64,000 bases of DNA from an uncultured Chloroflexia bacterium (lineage in GTDB: Bacteria > Chloroflexota > Limnocylindria > Limnocylindrales > CSP1-4): contig CAWEZH010000002.1 of assembly GCA_963813535.1 (NCBI GenBank), positions 992,001 through 1,056,000 on the forward strand, written 5' to 3'. Within the stretch, counting starts at the first letter, position 1. Each line of letters begins with the position of its first letter. The notes under the pieces are model-generated. The model ran no database searches and was not told the origin of the DNA. It was given only the letters and a program-made list of their open reading frames with translations. This document shows, piece after piece, positions 36,741 through 46,569 of this stretch. A program made the position numbers and the translations under genes.

Positions 36741-38291
36741 GGAGTCGGGGTCGGATTCCTCGCTCGACGTGTCCGCGGCGCCAGGATCGTCGGAGCCCGG
36801 GAGCGACGGATCCTCGGCGCCCGCCGTCGGGCCGGCCTCCTCGCCCTCATCGGCCGGGCCCGCCGCAGCCACGGCCTCCATCTCGGGCGCGAGCTGCGCC
36901 GCCGCGGGCTCATCACGGTCGATCACGAGTCGACCGAGACCGGCCGCCTCGAGGTCGGATCCGAACGCATCGACATCGCCGACGAGCACGATCGCTGCGC
37001 GATCGACCGCGAGGTGGGCTCGCGCGGCCGCCTCGATGGCGTCGACGTCGACCGCCTCCACACGCGCTCGATAATCGGTCAGCTCGTCGAGCGGCAAGCC
37101 ATGCACCGCGAGCCCGGACACCGCCCCGACGACCGCCCCCGGTGTCTCGAAGCGCAACGGGAACACGCCGACAAGGAAATCGCGTGCGGCCGCGAGCTCG
37201 TCGTCGGTGACGCGCGAGTCGCGCATCCGCTCGAGCTCGGTGATCGTGTCGAGGATCGCCGGCACGGTCACCTCGGTGTTGACGGCGGCCCGGGCGGTGA
37301 ACGGCCCCGCACCCCGACGCATGTCGAACCCGGCACCGGCGCCGTACGTGTAGCCCTTGGCCTCGCGGAGCTGCATGTTCAGCCGCGAGTTGAACAGACC
37401 ACCCAGGATCGCCCCCATCAGGGTCACGGCGTGGTAGTCAGGGATGCGGCGGGGTAGGCCGGGATGACCGATGCGGATCTCGGTCTGGACGCTGCCCGGG
37501 CGATGGACGACACGCACCAGGCGACCCGACCCCGAAGCCTGATCGACGATCGGGCCGGTGGCCCCGGCGCTCGGATGCCTCGTCCAGTCGCCGAACAGGC
37601 GCCGAGCGATGTCGACGACGTCCTGGCCACCCAGGTCCCCGCCGACCACCAGGGTCGCGCGCGCCGGGTCGAGGATCCCCTCGTACGCCCGCCGGGCCAC
37701 CGACTCGTCGAGGCGCTCGACCGTTTCCCGCGTCCCGCCGGACGGCCGGTGATACGGCGAGGCCGGCGCGTAGATCGTGCCGATATACGTCTCGTCGGCG
37801 CGGCGGCGCGGGTCGGCCTGCGCCTGTAGCAGATCGTTGAGCCGCTCGTCCCGCATTCGATCGATCTCGTCGGCCGGGAAGGTCGGGCGGAGCAGGACCT
37901 CGGCGAGGAGCTCGAGGGCGGGCGCCAATCGCGCCGATGGCACGTCGACACCGACGCTCGTGGCGTCCCAGCCGGCCTCGGCATGGAGTGACGCACCGAG
38001 CCGCTCGGAGGCCTCCGTCAGGCCGACGGCGTCATACCGTTCTGTGCCCTCGGTCAGGGCACGGGCGGCCAGGACGGTCGCCCCGGCGTCCGAGGCCGGC
38101 TCGTCGGCGGCCCCGACCGGCACGATCATCGTCGCGCTGATCAGCGGGCGGCCTGGCAGGTCGGCGACCATCACGGTCAGGCCGTTGTCGAGCTGCGCGC
38201 GGGCGACGACCGGGAACGCATAGGTCCGCGGCGTGCCAGGCTCGGGGCGCTCGGCGACCACCACGTCCCGCTCGGGCGTCTCGGCGGTCAT
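36738..38291 (-). CDS. M16 (pitrilysin) family peptidase, non-catalytic subunit
   Basis: LDNGLTVMV, LGGLFNSRLNMQLREAKGYTYG; lacks HXXEH. Confidence 0.92.
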   Translation of the reverse strand: MTAETPERDVVVAERPEPGTPRTYAFPVVARAQLDNGLTVMVADLPGRPLISATMIVPVGAADEPASDAGATVLAARALTEGTERYDAVGLTEASERLGASLHAEAGWDATSVGVDVPSARLAPALELLAEVLLRPTFPADEIDRMRDERLNDLLQAQADPRRRADETYIGTIYAPASPYHRPSGGTRETVERLDESVARRAYEGILDPARATLVVGGDLGGQDVVDIARRLFGDWTRHPSAGATGPIVDQASGSGRLVRVVHRPGSVQTEIRIGHPGLPRRIPDYHAVTLMGAILGGLFNSRLNMQLREAKGYTYGAGAGFDMRRGAGPFTARAAVNTEVTVPAILDTITELERMRDSRVTDDELAAARDFLVGVFPLRFETPGAVVGAVSGLAVHGLPLDELTDYRARVEAVDVDAIEAAARAHLAVDRAAIVLVGDVDAFGSDLEAAGLGRLVIDRDEPAAAQLAPEMEAVAAAGPADEGEEAGPTAGAEDPSLPGSDDPGAADTSSEESDPDS

Positions 38292-39643
38292 GCCGCCACC
38301 TCCTCGTCGACCGTCTCGCGGGCCTCGGCATCCTCGTCGATCGCCGTGTCGTCGGCGGTCGGGGTCTCGGGCAGGTACGTCAGCACCAGCCGGTTGTCGG
38401 CACGAAACGTGGCCGCCGCGACCTCCTGGATCGCCTCCGGGGTCACGTCCAGATAGCGCTGCAGCATCTCGTTGATCAGTGCGGGCCGGTCGAACAGCGT
38501 CGCGTACATCGACAGCCGGTCCGCCCGCTCCTCGACGCGTTGGAGCGCCCCCAGCTCGTCCGCCTCGATCAGCGCGAACGCGCGGGCCAGCTCGTCGGCG
38601 CTCACCGGCTCGGTGCCCAGCCGCTGCACCTCTTCGTGGAACGCCGCCTCGACCCGATCGACCGAGATGTCCGGGCGCACGGTCGCCCAGCCGGCAGCGA
38701 GCGACGCGCCGCCGATGAACCCGAGCGTGAAGAGCGCCACGTCCTGTGCAATTCGCTCATCGCGGACGAGCCGTCTATGCAGACGACTGCCCTTCCCGCC
38801 GGCCAGGATCTGGCCGGCGACCTCGAGCGCATCGAGCCGGCGATCGCCGTAGACCGGCGCCCGGAAACCGACGTAGATCCGCGGCAGCGGGACGCGGTCC
38901 TTCACCACTTCCCGGATCTCGCGGCCGAGCGTCGGCGGCAGCGACAGGTCGCCGAGGGGCGGGATCGACGGATTGGCTGGGATCGACCCGAAGTACTTCT
39001 CGACGCTCGTGCGCACCGCATCGGTGTCGACGTCGCCGACGACCGACAGCACCGCGTTGTTCGGCGCGTAGTAGGTCTGGAAGAACGCCTTCACGTCGTC
39101 GAGCGAGGCGGCGTCGAGGTCGGCCATCGACCCGATCGTCGAGTGGTGGTACGGGTGCTCGGGCGGGTACAGATGGGCCTGCAGCTTCTCCTGCCACGAG
39201 CCGTACGGCCGGTTGTCATACGACCAGCGCTTCTCGTTCTTGACGACCTCGCGCTGGTTGTCGAGGTTCTCCTGGCTGAGCGCGTCGAGCAGCGTCGCCA
39301 TGCGGTCGGCCTCGAGCCACAGGCCGAGATCGAGCTGATGGGACGGCAGCGTCTCGAAGTAGTTGGTGCGATCCAGCCAGGTCGTCCCGTTCATCGTGCC
39401 GCCGGCCGCCTGGATCAGCGCGATGTGCTCGGCCTTCGTGACGTGCCGGGAACCCTGGAACATCACGTGCTCGAAGAGGTGCGCGAAGCCGGTCTTGCCC
39501 GGCTGCTCGTGCTTCGAGCCGACGTCGTACCAGACGTTGATGGCCACGACCGGCGCGAGGTGATCCTCGGCGACGATCAGGCGCAAGCCGTTCGCGAGGC
39601 GGTCGTCGCTGAAGTTGACGGCAGGGACGGAAGAAGTCGGCAC
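38288..39643 (-). CDS. M16 family zinc peptidase, catalytic subunit
   Basis: WYDVGSKHE..GKTGFAHLFEHVMFQGS, DRTNYFET, VVKNEKR. Confidence 0.95.
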   Translation of the reverse strand: MPTSSVPAVNFSDDRLANGLRLIVAEDHLAPVVAINVWYDVGSKHEQPGKTGFAHLFEHVMFQGSRHVTKAEHIALIQAAGGTMNGTTWLDRTNYFETLPSHQLDLGLWLEADRMATLLDALSQENLDNQREVVKNEKRWSYDNRPYGSWQEKLQAHLYPPEHPYHHSTIGSMADLDAASLDDVKAFFQTYYAPNNAVLSVVGDVDTDAVRTSVEKYFGSIPANPSIPPLGDLSLPPTLGREIREVVKDRVPLPRIYVGFRAPVYGDRRLDALEVAGQILAGGKGSRLHRRLVRDERIAQDVALFTLGFIGGASLAAGWATVRPDISVDRVEAAFHEEVQRLGTEPVSADELARAFALIEADELGALQRVEERADRLSMYATLFDRPALINEMLQRYLDVTPEAIQEVAAATFRADNRLVLTYLPETPTADDTAIDEDAEARETVDEEVAA

Positions 39644-39784
39644 ACGTGCTCCTGGGCGGGATTGCGTGGTCTTGGTGGAGTGCGGTCGATCGTACCGCGT
39701 CGGATCGGTCCGGGCCGCGGGCTGCGACGTGGACGCCAGTCCCGTCTCCCGACGGGTCTCGGGCACCTTCACTATGCTCCGCCC

Positions 39785-40405
39785 ATGACGTTCCGAGACG
39801 GCCGCACGCTCGCGCCGCTCGCCGCCGTTGCTCTGCTCCTCATGCTCATGTCCCCGGTCGCCGCGCACGCTGAGCTCGTCCGCGCCATCCCCGCCGACGG
39901 CGAGACGGTGAGCCGCCCGGTCACGGTCGTCAGCGGGCGCTACTCCCAGGACCTGGGCGGCAACAGCCGCCTCGTGATCAAGGACGCGACGGGTTCGACG
40001 GTCGCAACCGGTGGCGTCGACCCGGACGACCAGCGGCGCATGGTGGCCCGCCCGGATACGCCGTTGACCGAGGGTACGTTCACGGTCGAGTCGACATCGA
40101 TCTCCGCCGAGGACGGCGACATCGAGCGGCTGACGTGGACGTTCACCGTCGAAGCGGCAAGCGCGGCCCCTTCACCGAGCGCGAGTACATCCAGCTCGCC
40201 CGCCGAATCGCCGACTGCCGCCCCGTCGACCGCGCTACCGAGCGCGTCCCCTCCGGCCAGCCCGAGCGTCGGTCCCTCGGCGAGCCCGGCCCCGACCACG
40301 CCGACGTCCAGCGGCGGCGATGTCGTGCTGCCGATCATCGCCGCACTCGCGATCGTGGGTATCGCCACCGGGTTCCTGCTGACCCGCAACCGTTCCCAGC
40401 CATAG
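39785..40405 (+). CDS. copC: CopC-family copper-binding protein with C-terminal anchor
   Basis: Signal peptide then AHAELVRAIPADG, SAEDG motif, P/S linker and C-terminal TM. Confidence 0.82.
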   Translation: MTFRDGRTLAPLAAVALLLMLMSPVAAHAELVRAIPADGETVSRPVTVVSGRYSQDLGGNSRLVIKDATGSTVATGGVDPDDQRRMVARPDTPLTEGTFTVESTSISAEDGDIERLTWTFTVEAASAAPSPSASTSSSPAESPTAAPSTALPSASPPASPSVGPSASPAPTTPTSSGGDVVLPIIAALAIVGIATGFLLTRNRSQP

Positions 40406-40415
40406 CGGGGACCTG

Positions 40416-41810
40416 ATGCGGCGCTCGAGACTGCTCGCGGGTTCGGTCACCGCCGGCTCGATCATCGCGCTGGCGGCCCCGGCCGCAGTGGCCGCGCACT
40501 CCCTCAACCCGACCTACACGAGCCGGTTGCCACTCGCGGTGTACGTTGCCGGCGCGGCGGCGACGGTCGCGCTGTCGTTCATCTTCGTGCTTGTCCGCGA
40601 CGTCCGTGCGGAGCGCCCGGATACGTCGGCGCCGGGTCACCTGCCGCCCGCCTGGCTGCGCTGGACCCTGCGGGTCATCGGGCTCGTCGCCTGGGCGTGG
40701 ATCGTGGCGCAGGGGATCGCCGGCGGCAGCAGCGCGGCCGAGGTCGCGACGCTGTTCCTGCTGGTCTACGGCTGGGTCGGGGTGGCCGGGGTGTCGGCGC
40801 TGGTCGGGCCGGTCTGGCAGTTCCTCGACCCGTTCTCGACGCTCTACGACATCGGCGCGTGGATCGTCCACCGAACGGGCATCCAGCCGTGGGAGCCGGC
40901 GACCTACCCGGAGCGCCTCGGACGATGGCCCGCGGTGGTCGGCTTCGTGGTCGTGACCTGGCTCGAGCTCGTGCTCAAGGCCGGACCCGACGTGCTGTTC
41001 ATCGTGGTCGTCGGGTACACGGCGCTGACCCTGGCGATGATGGCGCAGTACGGTCGCGACACCTGGCGGGCGAACGCCGAGGTCTTCACGGTCTGGTTCC
41101 GGCTGCTCGGCCGCCTTGCCCCGTACGCCCTGGTCGACGAGGACGGCAGGGTCCGTCGACGCTCGTTCGCCAGCGGCCTGCTCGAACCGGGCTGGATCGT
41201 CGCCGACGTGGTCATCGTCGCCCTCGGCGTCGGCACGATCCTCTTCGACGGCCTCTCGCAGACCGCGCTCTGGTTCGAGGCGTTCGGCGTGCCCAGCATC
41301 CCCATCCAGAGCCTGCTCTTCGCCGGCTGGCTCGCGATCGTGGTCGGGGCGGCGCTCGTCGTCACCCGCTACGTCGGTGTCGCCGCGACCGCCGCTGGAC
41401 TGCTCCCGATCGCCGTCGGGTACCTGATCGCCCACTACTTCACGTATCTCGTGATCGACGGCCAGCGCATCGTGGTGGCCGTATCGGACCCGCTCCAGAC
41501 CGGCGCCGACCTGTTCGGCACGGCCTTCTTCCAGCCGTCCGGAGCATGGCTGCCACCCGGATTGGTCTGGACGATCCAGCTGGCGGCCGTGGTCGGCGGC
41601 CACATGCTCGGAGCGTGGGCCGGGCACGTCGTGGCCGCGCTCGACGCCTCATCCGACGTGGAGCGCCGGACGCTCACGATGCGCCAGGTGCCACTGGCCG
41701 TGGTGATGGTCGCGCTCACCACGTTGACCCTGTGGTCGCTCGGACAGGCGATCGTCGTGACGCCGGACCAGGCGGCGGAGATTCAGGCGGTCGCGACCAA
41801 CCGGCTCTGA
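40416..41810 (+). CDS. polytopic membrane protein (fenitrothion hydrolase FedB-like)
   Basis: AHSL..TY.SRLPLAVY..GAAATVALSF, GRWPA, FDG, LLPIAVGYLIAHYFTYL. Confidence 0.75.
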   Translation: MRRSRLLAGSVTAGSIIALAAPAAVAAHSLNPTYTSRLPLAVYVAGAAATVALSFIFVLVRDVRAERPDTSAPGHLPPAWLRWTLRVIGLVAWAWIVAQGIAGGSSAAEVATLFLLVYGWVGVAGVSALVGPVWQFLDPFSTLYDIGAWIVHRTGIQPWEPATYPERLGRWPAVVGFVVVTWLELVLKAGPDVLFIVVVGYTALTLAMMAQYGRDTWRANAEVFTVWFRLLGRLAPYALVDEDGRVRRRSFASGLLEPGWIVADVVIVALGVGTILFDGLSQTALWFEAFGVPSIPIQSLLFAGWLAIVVGAALVVTRYVGVAATAAGLLPIAVGYLIAHYFTYLVIDGQRIVVAVSDPLQTGADLFGTAFFQPSGAWLPPGLVWTIQLAAVVGGHMLGAWAGHVVAALDASSDVERRTLTMRQVPLAVVMVALTTLTLWSLGQAIVVTPDQAAEIQAVATNRL

Positions 41811-44800
41811 GCCGGCTGTCCCGGCTCTGGGACCCACTCACCGAGCGACCGGACGGTCGCCACCGCCTCCGCGACCGAAGGGTCCAGCGCCTCGGCGGCC
41901 GCCACCGCCGTCTCCATGGCGGTCAGGCAGAGGATCCCTTCGGCCGTCGCCGCGTGGCGGATCTCGGCAGCATCCCGGACGGCACCCGATCGCGGCGTCG
42001 GCGTGTTGACCACCAGGCGGACCTCGCCGCTGGCGATCAGGTCGAGGATCGGCACCTCGCCGATCGACGCCTCGGGCTCCTCGCCCAGCTTCGCGACGGG
42101 CCGTGCGTCGTACCCGACATCGGCCAGGCGCCGCCGCGTCCCGGGTGTGGCCGCCAGCCGATAGCCCGCTCCCGCGAGGCCCGCCGCCAGCCGTCCGAGC
42201 AGGTCCTTGTCGCGATCGGCGATGGACAGCAGCGCCAACGCGCCCGCCTCGCCCGGTCGTGGCGGTACCAGCGCCGCCCCAAGGAGCGCCTTTGCGAGGG
42301 CCACCCGCGGATCTTCGTGGATCCCGATCACCTCGCCCGTCGACTGCATGCCCGGCCCGACCGACGGGTCGACACCACGCAGTTTGGCCGTCGAGAAGGC
42401 CGGCGCCTTCACCGCGACGAACGGCGGCGGCTGCAGCAGCCCACCGCCCCAGCCCAGCTCGTCGAGCGTGGCACCCAGCGAGATCCGCACCGCGAGCTCG
42501 ACCATCGGCACGCCGGTCACCTTGGACATGAACGGGACGGTCCGCGATGCGCGCGGGTTGACCTCGATCAGGTAGACGCCGTCGTCGCGCACGATGAACT
42601 GCGCATTGACGAGCCCGCGGGCACCGAGGGCGAGCACGATCCGCTCCATCGTCGACACGATGAGGTCCTGGTCGCCCTCGCTGACCGTCTGCGGTGGGAA
42701 CATGCCCACGCTGTCACCGGAGTGCACCCCGGCACGCTCGACATGCTCGAGCAATCCGGGGATCAGCACGAGCTCGCCATCGCTCACGGCGTCGATATCG
42801 ACCTCGATGCCCTCGAGGTAGCGGTCGATGCGGACGGGCCGGTCGGGGTCGACCACCGTCGCCAGCGCCAGCTGGCGCTCGAGGTCCTCGGGCGAGTAGC
42901 AGAAATCGATCGCGAGCCCACCGATCACGAACGACGGCCGGACGATGACCGGGTAGCCGATGCGCTCCGCCAGCGTCAGTGCCTCGTCGACGCTGTGGGC
43001 CATGCCGCCGTCCGGCTGGGGGATTCCGAGCCGATCGAGCAGAGCCGCGAACCGGACGCGCTCCTCCGCCTGGTCGATGGCCTCGAGGTCCGACCCGAGC
43101 AGTTCCACGCCACCGGCCGCGAGCGGCGCAGCGAGGTTGAGCGGCGTCTGCCCGCCGTACGCGACGACCGCCGGGATACCTCCCTCGGCGTCGATGACGC
43201 TGCGGACGCTCTCCGGGTCGAGCGGCTCGAAGTACAGCCGCGACGACGCATCGAAGTCGGTGGAGACCGTCTCCGGGTTGGAGTTGATCATCACCGCCTG
43301 CCAACCGTTCTGGCGAAGCGTGTCGGCCGCCTGGACCGCGCAGTAGTCGAACTCGATGCCTTGGCCGATGCGGACCGGGCCGCTGCCGATGACGAGGGCC
43401 GCCGGTCGCTCGACCGGGCCGGCTTCGGGTGTCGAGCCGGCCGCAGCGTACGTGGAGTAGAAGTAGGGCGTCTCGGCGGCGAACTCCGCGGCGCACGTGT
43501 CGACCATCGCGTAGCCCGGCACGATGCCGCGCGCGAGCCGCGCTTCCCGGATGGCATCTGCGGTGGTGCCGGCCAGCCCGGCCAGCTCCTTGTCCCCGAA
43601 GCCCGCGCGCTTCACGGTCGAGAGCAGTACGGCGGCCTCGTCGTCGGTGGGGTCGGCGATGCGCACGCCGGTCACCGACACCTCGTGCTCGAGCGCTACG
43701 TTCCGGCCCATCTCGGCAAGGAACCAGGGTGAGATGCCGGTCGCCTCCCCCACCACGGCCTCCGGGACACCGCGCCGCAGCAGCCCGAGCAGACGCCACA
43801 GCCGCGAGTCCGACGGTCCGAGGAACTGGCGCAAGACGATCGGCGCGCCGCTGCGTTGTGCGAAGCGAGTGCTCTCGCAGGCCTGCCCGGACTCGTCGAT
43901 CCAGTGGATGGGCTCGTCGTCGTCGGGGTCGCCGGCATAGACCCCCGCGAGGTAGTCGAAGGTCGGCGTCCACGACGGATCCTCGGCGAGCGGCCCGGCG
44001 CCCGCCTGCTCCAGCCCGCGGAGCGCCTTGTTGAGCGCCGAGCCGAAGGTCCGGTCGATGGCCATCACCTCGCCGGTCGCCTTCATCTGGCTGCCGAGCG
44101 TCCGGTCGGCGGTCGGGAACTTGTCGAACGGGAAGCGCGGCAGCTTCACGACCACGTAGTCGAGGGCTGGCTCGAACGCCGCGACGGTCGTGCCGGTCAC
44201 GACGTTCGGGATCTCCGCCAGGCGTCGGCCGACCGCGATCTGCGCCGCGACCCGCGCGATCGGGTAGCCGGTCGCCTTGCTGGCTAGCGCGGACGAGCGC
44301 GAGACGCGCGGGTTGACCTCGATCACCGCGTACTCGGTCGAGTCAGGAGACAGCGCGAACTGGACGTTGCAGCCGCCCTCGACGCCGAGCGCACGGATGA
44401 TCGCCAGCGCCGCGCTGCGCAGTCGCTGGTGGACGGCGTCGGTCAGCGTCTGGACGGGTGCGACGACGATCGAATCGCCCGTGTGGACCCCGAGCGGGTC
44501 GACGTTTTCCATCGAGCAGACCGCGATGCACGTGTCGTCGGCATCGCGCATCACCTCGTACTCGATCTCCTGCCATCCGACCAGGCACTTCTCGACCATC
44601 ACCTGGCCGATCGGGCTGGCGCGGAGTCCTGCGCGGACCCGCTCGCGGTAGGCCGCCTCGGTCGGGACGATGCCACCGCCGGTCCCGCCCAGCGTGAACG
44701 CCGGCCGGACGATCGCCGGCAGGCCGATCTCGCGGAGCGCGATGTCGACGTCCTCGTCCTTCTCGACGATCCACGATGGGGCGTAGGGCTGGTCGATCCG

Positions 44801-45214
44801 GTCGAGCAGATCGCGGAAGGCCTCGCGGTCTTCGGCCATCCGGATCGCCTCGAGGGGCGTGCCGAGAAGCCGCACGTCGTACCGCTCGAAGACGCCGGCG
44901 TCGGCGAGCGCCATCGCCAGGTTCAACGCGGTCTGGCCACCGAGCCCCGCCAGGATCCCGTCGGGGCGTTCCTTGGCGATGACGGCCTCGACCGCGTCGA
45001 CCGTGAGGGGCTCGAGGTAGATGGCGTCGGCGACCTGCGGGTCGGTCATGATCGTGGCCGGGTTCGAGTTGACGAGGATCGTTCGCACGCCCTCGGCGCG
45101 GAGCGCGCGACACGCCTGTGTTCCCGCGTAGTCGAACTCGGCAGCCTGGCCGATCACGACGGGACCACTGCCGAGGATCAGGACCGAGGCCGGCTTCGGG
45201 GACGCGTCGGTCAC
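41783..45214 (-). CDS. carB: carbamoyl-phosphate synthase large subunit
   Basis: ILGSGPVVIGQAAEFDYAGTQAC, EVNPRVSRSSALASKATGYP, GSGPVRIGQGIEFDYC, MQSTGEV. Confidence 0.98.
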   Translation of the reverse strand: MTDASPKPASVLILGSGPVVIGQAAEFDYAGTQACRALRAEGVRTILVNSNPATIMTDPQVADAIYLEPLTVDAVEAVIAKERPDGILAGLGGQTALNLAMALADAGVFERYDVRLLGTPLEAIRMAEDREAFRDLLDRIDQPYAPSWIVEKDEDVDIALREIGLPAIVRPAFTLGGTGGGIVPTEAAYRERVRAGLRASPIGQVMVEKCLVGWQEIEYEVMRDADDTCIAVCSMENVDPLGVHTGDSIVVAPVQTLTDAVHQRLRSAALAIIRALGVEGGCNVQFALSPDSTEYAVIEVNPRVSRSSALASKATGYPIARVAAQIAVGRRLAEIPNVVTGTTVAAFEPALDYVVVKLPRFPFDKFPTADRTLGSQMKATGEVMAIDRTFGSALNKALRGLEQAGAGPLAEDPSWTPTFDYLAGVYAGDPDDDEPIHWIDESGQACESTRFAQRSGAPIVLRQFLGPSDSRLWRLLGLLRRGVPEAVVGEATGISPWFLAEMGRNVALEHEVSVTGVRIADPTDDEAAVLLSTVKRAGFGDKELAGLAGTTADAIREARLARGIVPGYAMVDTCAAEFAAETPYFYSTYAAAGSTPEAGPVERPAALVIGSGPVRIGQGIEFDYCAVQAADTLRQNGWQAVMINSNPETVSTDFDASSRLYFEPLDPESVRSVIDAEGGIPAVVAYGGQTPLNLAAPLAAGGVELLGSDLEAIDQAEERVRFAALLDRLGIPQPDGGMAHSVDEALTLAERIGYPVIVRPSFVIGGLAIDFCYSPEDLERQLALATVVDPDRPVRIDRYLEGIEVDIDAVSDGELVLIPGLLEHVERAGVHSGDSVGMFPPQTVSEGDQDLIVSTMERIVLALGARGLVNAQFIVRDDGVYLIEVNPRASRTVPFMSKVTGVPMVELAVRISLGATLDELGWGGGLLQPPPFVAVKAPAFSTAKLRGVDPSVGPGMQSTGEVIGIHEDPRVALAKALLGAALVPPRPGEAGALALLSIADRDKDLLGRLAAGLAGAGYRLAATPGTRRRLADVGYDARPVAKLGEEPEASIGEVPILDLIASGEVRLVVNTPTPRSGAVRDAAEIRHAATAEGILCLTAMETAVAAAEALDPSVAEAVATVRSLGEWVPEPGQPAQSRLVATA

Positions 45215-46368
45215 CGAGTCCCACCCTCCCCGCGAGTCGCAGCCACGAACCGGTCGAATACGGCCAGGGCGTCCAGTGGGCCGGGTGCACCCTCCGGGTG
45301 ATACTGGACGGTCTCGATCGGCTTTTCGGCGTGGCGCAACCCCTCCACGGATCTGTCGTTCAGGTTGAGCTGACTCACGTGGAACCCGGAACCCGCCGGG
45401 AGTGAATCACCGACGACCTGGACCTCGTGGTTCTGGGCGGTCACCTGGACGAGCCCGAAATCGACGTCCTGGACGGGATGGTTCGCCCCGTGGTGGCCGA
45501 ACCGCAGCCGCGTGGTGTCGGCGCCAGCGGCGCGCCCGACGATCTGGTGTCCGAGGCAGATCCCCAGCAGCGGCCGCCCATCCTCGATGACCGAGCCGGC
45601 CAGGGCGACCTGCGCGGCGAGCCGGGCGGGGTCGCCCGGTCCGGGCGAGAAGATGACGCCGTCGATATCCGACGAGAGGACGTCCGACGGGTCGACCGTG
45701 TGGGGGAGCACCCGGACGCGCGCTCCGCGGTGGCGCATCGCTCGCACGATGTTCGACTTGAGGCCGAGGTCGACGATCCCGATCAGCGGCCCGCCGTCCT
45801 CCGACCCGCCGAATTCGGTGATCGCCGGTGGTGAGACCTGCCCGACGAAGTCCTGGTCCTCCCATCGAGGGACGGCGCGAGCGGCCGCGCGCGCGGCCTC
45901 AGGATCCGTCTCGCCGGGGGCCGTCACGATCCCGCGCAGGCTCCCGTTCGCTCGAAGATGACGCGCCAGGGCCCGGGTGTCGACGCCGGCCAGTGCCGGT
46001 ATGCCGTCGTCGCGCAGCAGCGCCGCGAGCTGGCGGGCATCGTCGAGGACGGCGGCCGTGGCGTTGGCGACGACGAGCGCCCGCAGCCACGGCCGTGTCG
46101 ACTGGTCGTCATCGAGCAGTCGGCCGTAGTTGCCGATGAGCGGGTAGGTCATGACCACGACCTGACCCGCGTAGGACGGGTCGGTGCAGACCTCCTGGTA
46201 GCCGGTCTGGCTCGTGTTCACGACCAGGTCACCACCGGCGGACACAGGTGCCCCGAATGCCACCCCCGGGAACACGGTGCCGTCCTCCAACGCCAGCAAC
46301 GCCGGCCCGAGGTCGCCGATCCGGGGATCGACGACGGCGCTCGACCGAGGCCGGGGTGGCGCGATCAC
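45211..46368 (-). CDS. carA: carbamoyl-phosphate synthase small subunit
   Basis: LALEDGTVF.G, TGYQEVCTDPSYAGQ, SPGPGDP, GICLGHQ, VQYHPEGAPGP. Confidence 0.97.
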   Translation of the reverse strand: MIAPPRPRSSAVVDPRIGDLGPALLALEDGTVFPGVAFGAPVSAGGDLVVNTSQTGYQEVCTDPSYAGQVVVMTYPLIGNYGRLLDDDQSTRPWLRALVVANATAAVLDDARQLAALLRDDGIPALAGVDTRALARHLRANGSLRGIVTAPGETDPEAARAAARAVPRWEDQDFVGQVSPPAITEFGGSEDGGPLIGIVDLGLKSNIVRAMRHRGARVRVLPHTVDPSDVLSSDIDGVIFSPGPGDPARLAAQVALAGSVIEDGRPLLGICLGHQIVGRAAGADTTRLRFGHHGANHPVQDVDFGLVQVTAQNHEVQVVGDSLPAGSGFHVSQLNLNDRSVEGLRHAEKPIETVQYHPEGAPGPLDALAVFDRFVAATRGEGGTR

Positions 46369-46384
46369 CCGACGGCGACCCGGA

Positions 46385-46498
46385 TAACGAAACACCCACC
46401 CGCCGGCGTGGCGTGGTGGGCGTGGGTATGCGCGGACATCGACGTTGCCTCCTTCGCCGGCCTCACGGGACCGGTACGCCGGTCTCACAGGGCCGGCC
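46385..46498 (-). promoter_or_regulatory. PyrR-binding attenuator leader of carAB
   Basis: Minus strand CCGGTCCCGTGAGGCCGGCGAAGG matches the PyrR loop consensus (GUCCNGNGAGGYN...AAGG), followed by a terminator-like hairpin CCCACC...GGTGGG TGTTTTC. Confidence 0.75.
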
Positions 46499-46569
46499 AT
46501 CCAAGGACGGCGTCAGCGTAGCATCCCGGCCCGACGGCGTGCGCCGGGCCGGGCAGTGTCGTGGCCGGA

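Noticed and set aside
39785-41810. copC plus membrane protein as the dedicated Cu supply for the Mo-Cu CODH
   Set aside because: Separated from the cox genes by unrelated housekeeping genes; no sequence evidence of a link.
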